Assembly (NCBI GenBank): GCA_038496445.1 | Contig: JALMLS010000226.1 | Location: forward strand, 1 to 37,373 | Length of the DNA: 37,373 nt | Direction: 5' to 3' | From: Trichosphaerium sp. ATCC 40318 | Taxonomy: Eukaryota > Protista > Tubulinea | Shown here: positions 34,714-37,373 of the stretch, one piece after another | Layout of the letters: every line of letters begins with the position of its first letter | Numbering within the stretch: position 1 is the first letter of the stretch | Made by a program: the position numbers and the translations under genes | The notes under the pieces: generated by a model | What the model was told of the DNA's origin: nothing | Seen by the model: the letters and a program-made list of their open reading frames with translations, nothing else | The model's database searches: none

Positions 34714-37373
34714 TTCCCATAAATTATCTCACTCTATTTCTTTTTTTTTTCTTCAAACCTCGTCAAACTCAGCCTCTGGCTTTTCTTCTATTTTAACTTT
34801 TCTTTGAGATACTTCATCAAAATAAGCAGCTCATCTTGTTCGCAACCTTGTTATAAAGTTATTACTCTTACCTCCTAAATTTTCTTCATTTAATTCTCTT
34901 AATGCTTCAGCTTCTATGGTAAGTTGATGATAAAAATCCTCTTTTCATGGATAATAAGTATCTTCTTTAAAATCATTGAATTTTATTACCATATCTTCAT
35001 AAAAATTATCTCATAACTCTTTTATAGGTTCTACTATAACATCTTTAAAAAAACTCCACTTAGACGGTGTTTTTTTAAAGACTCAAATAAAAAAATTACC
35101 TCGTTTTTTATTTCATTTTTTAATATAAAAATCATTACCAAATAAGGTATTTATCTTATTTCTTTTTAATGTTCAATTAATATTTTTTTTTTGAAATTTT
35201 TTTTTTTTTTTAATCTTTTGCCCAAATCTCTTCAAATAATTTCTAAACTTTTCTCATTTTTTTTACTTAGATTATTAGAGCTTCTTAACTTTTTATTTTC
35301 ATCAATTTCCGGAAACATTTTATATTCAATTTCAGATATACCTTCTCTATATCTTAAATCTATATTAAAAACCCTTCTATATAAACGTCTTTCTAATTCT
35401 TGCTGATCTCTTCTTAAATGAAAAAATAAATCAAACATTTTCCCATAATGCATTACAAATTTTATTTTACTTTCTTTCTTATAACTTAAACCTAATAAAT
35501 AAAATTTTTTAAGCATCAATTTCTGAATTTTATATTCAAAATAATCCAAAACTAGCAACTCATAATTATTTAAAGTATAAATATCTTTTTTAAAATTCAT
35601 TATATCTCTAAATTTTCTTTTTTTATTATTATATGTATTTAAAATTTTTCATAAAATATAAAGATCTTTAGTTAGAATTTTTTGCGTTTTTTTTTCTAAT
35701 TTTCTTGCTATAGCTTTCCTTTTTTCTTCATATGTCTCATCTAAAATATCTATATTGTTTTCTTTTATTCATTCTTTTTCATATTTTTTTAATATTTTCA
35801 TTTGCTCCTTGTTTTTTTTTTCTTCTATTTCTTTAATAAAAAATTTAGGTGACGTCACCTCGCTTCATTTTCTTGCTTTTTCTTTTATATAATTTATATT
35901 ATTTATTTTTGAATTTCTAATTTTTACTATGGAATCACCCAAAAAATTAAATAAATCAGGTATTTCTTTTAAAAATAAATCTGTCGATCTAATCAATTTT
36001 GTCTCTTTTTTTATTTTTTCTATATATAATTTATATTTTTGATCTTCTTTTAAATTTTTAAATTCTTTTTTATTTAAATTTGATTCTTTTTTTAAATAAA
36101 ACTCTCATCAATAACTTAATCTATTTATTTTTATATTTTTTTTTTTTTTTCCTTTTCAAAATCGATTTAAATTTAAATTTTCTCTAGCATATACTACACG
36201 ATGATATGGAAAATTCATAAGTTTTCTATAATAATAAGAATATACCACACTATAATCTCCCAATAACCTTAAACTATATAAACCAAACACATTAGCATCA
36301 TCGGTTGTTCTCATAAATGATCTATAATAATCTATTCATGTGTATCTTACTGGATAATAATATTTGAACAGTAATCATCATTTTGCACCATATTGTCTAT
36401 AACGATTTCAATCTGCTGGAATAAAACAATAATCTCACACATAAGCCAACTCTCCTAATTGTTCCGATTTTTTATAACGAGCTTCTTTTCCACAACCACG
36501 TAACCCAAAAAGAATAAAAAAAGATCTATGTCATCTTTTTTTATCGTTAGACATAATCTTATTTCTAAAAAAATTAGTTTGTCTTTTTTGAAATAAATAT
36601 CAATAATTTCTTCACATACCCATTGATCAACAAACCGCAATGTATTCATCTATTTATTCTTATCTTTAATTTAACTCCATCGCTGTATATTTGCTTCTGT
36701 AAAATTCCAATTTTTTTCCATTTTATATTCTGGTATAGACCATATTGCTTTCATCAGTTGTTCATTCAACAAACGTGAACCTTTCTTATACGGAGTATAC
36801 ATGCTTTTAATGTCCTATAACCTTCTCCTACACCCAGCATTGCTAATTTTCTCATAGGATATTCGCTACGTGTTAAATGTATTCAATTTCAACCAAAATG
36901 ATTAAGATTTCAATACATTTTTCCAAAATTAAAAAAAAATTCACTACGTGAAACTGGTTCAGCATCGTTCTCTAAATCTTTTTCATATCTTTTTTTTGGT
37001 GGCGAAATTGCAAACTCTTCACCTCTTTCTTTAGCAATAATATCTTGTTTAAACTCCTCACTTTTTATTAAAGACATTTCTAAATATTTATATACATTTT
37101 CATCTTTACATCATTTATCTAATGCACCAGGACCTAGTTTAAAATTTCTAAAAGATCTGTTGGATACTTTTTGTTTATATATATAATTTCTTCCCTTTGT
37201 ATAGTATCTTTTGGCTTTAATATAATTTAATAAATATTTATCTCTCAATTTTTTTATCTCTTTTTAATTTAAAATTAATTCTATTCATTAATTTACCTAA
37301 TTTTGTTAATTTTTTCTTTTGTTTTTTTGAGTCCTCTCAACTTATACCATGTACTTTTTCATAATTTAATTGC
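34687..37373 (-). CDS. Large unassigned Lys-rich ORF (5' end outside the window)
   Basis: With TGA=W the frame reads essentially open from about 36650 to TAA at 34687, apart from homopolymer-length ambiguities; several breaks occur in the last 700 nt of the window. Confidence 0.7.

Overview
AT-rich mitochondrial DNA of a protist (gene content and order are amoebozoan-like; this is an inference) using TGA=Trp. The non-redundant part (about 10850-37373) carries all genes on the minus strand. In transcription order they are: large ORF, nad2, nad4, ORF340, an unidentified region, a giant basic ORF, rps2?, rps10?, nad3, nad6, rps19, rps3, rpl16, rpl14, rpl5?, rps14, rps8, nad7, atp9, rnl, cox1, rpl6?, rps13, ORF. 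Positions 1-10850 are alternating-orientation copies of the nad7-rps13 block, probably amplification or assembly fold-backs. Key observation: nearly all conserved genes, including the LSU rRNA, are cryptogenes missing single nucleotides. In cox1 I count about 40 such sites by eye, roughly one per 30 nt, and the sites I compared are the same in 3-4 copies on both strands. atp9 and the long unassigned ORFs are not systematically broken. At almost every site the missing base (mostly G and A, also C and T) can be restored by doubling an adjacent base. This points to pervasive four-nucleotide 'doubling' insertional RNA editing, unlike C-dominated myxomycete editing or U-only kinetoplastid editing. 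The unassigned ORFs are also packed with long perfect palindromes and inverted triplications. Cryptogene boundaries are approximate and were read manually.
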